DNA of 64,000 nucleotides from Octopus vulgaris (taxonomy: Eukaryota), in the NCBI GenBank assembly GCA_951406725.2, contig OX597815.1, positions 126,976,001 through 127,040,000 on the forward strand, written 5' to 3'. Both the position numbers and the translations under genes were made by a program. Within the stretch, counting starts at the first letter, position 1. Each line of letters opens with the position of its first letter. Below the pieces are notes generated by a model. It worked only from the letters and a program-made list of their open reading frames with translations, was not told the origin of the DNA and made no database searches. This document shows positions 62,379 through 64,000 of the stretch, piece after piece.

Positions 62379-63566
62379 TTGACGTCACTATTTATAACTT
62401 CATTTGTATTAGAGCAACATCTTAAAAAGACTTATTTTCAAATTTCTCAACATTTCAAATGAAGCAAGACATATTTACACACATATATCAATCTATCTGA
62501 CTGTCTATCTACCTATACATGCATGCACGCATACATCCATGCATATATACATACATGTATGCATATGTGTGCCTGCATGCACGTGTGTTTGTGCATGTGT
62601 TTGTGTATACATGTGTTTGTACATGTGTGTGTATGTGTATATCCATGAGTGAATATCTTTGTGTTTGAGTTTGTCCCCTACCACTGTTTGACAACCACTG
62701 CTGGTTTGTTTATATTCCCGTGACTTAGTACTTCAGCAAAAGAGGCTGATGGAATACACACACACTTGGGATTAGATTTGGTTGATGGAAACTGAAAGAA
62801 GCTTGTCATATATATATATATATATATATATATAGGGCTGTATATGAGTATATGTGTGTTAAATATGGATATGTATGTTGTACATAAATAGATATATACC
62901 CATAACCCCACCACATACACACATATACACTCACATACATAAATACTTACATTAATATATATATATATAAGTGCATGTGTGTGTGTGTTTGTAGGTATGT
63001 GTGTGCATGCATATATGTGTTTATATGTATGTGTAGAAAACACATGTAGAAAAATGCAAACATATATGTATTCATAACAAGCCTTAAACAGACTCAGATT
63101 AGACTTAGTAGTTTGATGTATAACCAGTACTGACTGCAGATAACTACTATCTCCAGTGTATGAAGTAAGTAGATATACACACATGGATCAATTTAAAAGA
63201 ACAGTGTGGAGTTAATCACTTCTAACAGGCAATACACAAATATATCTCATGCACTCTATTGTTTCAACCAGAAAAATAATAAATAATATAAGCTATATAT
63301 ATATGTGTGTGTGTGCTTGTGTGTATGTACATGTGTGTGTATATGTGTATGAATGTAATTTATTGGTAATTTTGTCTAGTCTATCTATCTAGTTACCTAT
63401 CTAGTCATCTACTATCTGTTCATCTGTCTATTTGTCTGTCTGTCTGTCTGTCCGTCTATCTATCCAGCTGTCTATTTATCTGTCTGTGTGTGTGTATGTG
63501 TGTGTCTGTTTGTCTGCCTGCCTGCCCGTCCATCCATCTGTCCATCTCTCTCTCTCTCTACATATA

Positions 63567-63657
<91 letters not shown>

Positions 63658-64000
63658 ATACACATCTATGAAATTGTGTTGCAAGACACCTGATGTGAAA
63701 TTGTGTGTTGAAACAGATATTGTATTTTGTGACGGTCATTTGTTTTATTTTACCCAAGAAACATGCACACTATATATTCATTCTTCACTCATTTATTACT
63801 GTTCTTATTCTAACTCATGTCCATTGTCTAGAAATCTTTCATCACACATCTGTGACCTCTTCAGCGACACTTTCTTTCTTCGCGCATGCTCTTCCTCCAC
63901 TTATTTCATTCTGTTCTTCTATGATATGTATTCTTATTTGTGTATGCATTTGCACCTGTGTTAGTGTGTGTGTGCGTGTGTATGTGTGTATGTGTGTGTA

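Noticed and set aside
63682-63729. CTGATGT...GAAACAGATATTGTA hammerhead-like string
   Set aside because: A9 is missing, there is no stem II, and stem I is out of register.

Overview
AT-rich, microsatellite-dense eukaryotic non-coding DNA. The repeat families suggest a coleoid cephalopod such as Octopus; this is my inference, not a database result. I cannot support any host protein-coding gene, and most listed ORFs are microsatellite or transposon artefacts. The window is a mosaic of decayed mobile elements: many RTE-clade LINE fragments and (GAT)n-tailed 3' ends, a CR1-like LINE, tandem R4/Dong-type RLE retrotransposons in (TAA)n, a Penelope-like RT/GIY-YIG remnant, a mariner pseudogene, Tc1/mariner deletion derivatives, a Chapaev3-like fragment, two non-autonomous Helitrons, a probable solo LTR and tRNA-derived SINEs. 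The most striking structure is about ten short, mutually unrelated fold-back (long inverted-repeat) cassettes, many beside (TA)n tracts. Several carry minimal type I hammerhead ribozyme motifs (CUGANGA...GAAA, palindromic stem III, NUH site) pointing outward, consistent with Penelope pseudo-LTR-derived or retrozyme-like elements. There are also locally templated duplications. Coordinates were read by eye, and the ends of decayed elements are approximate.
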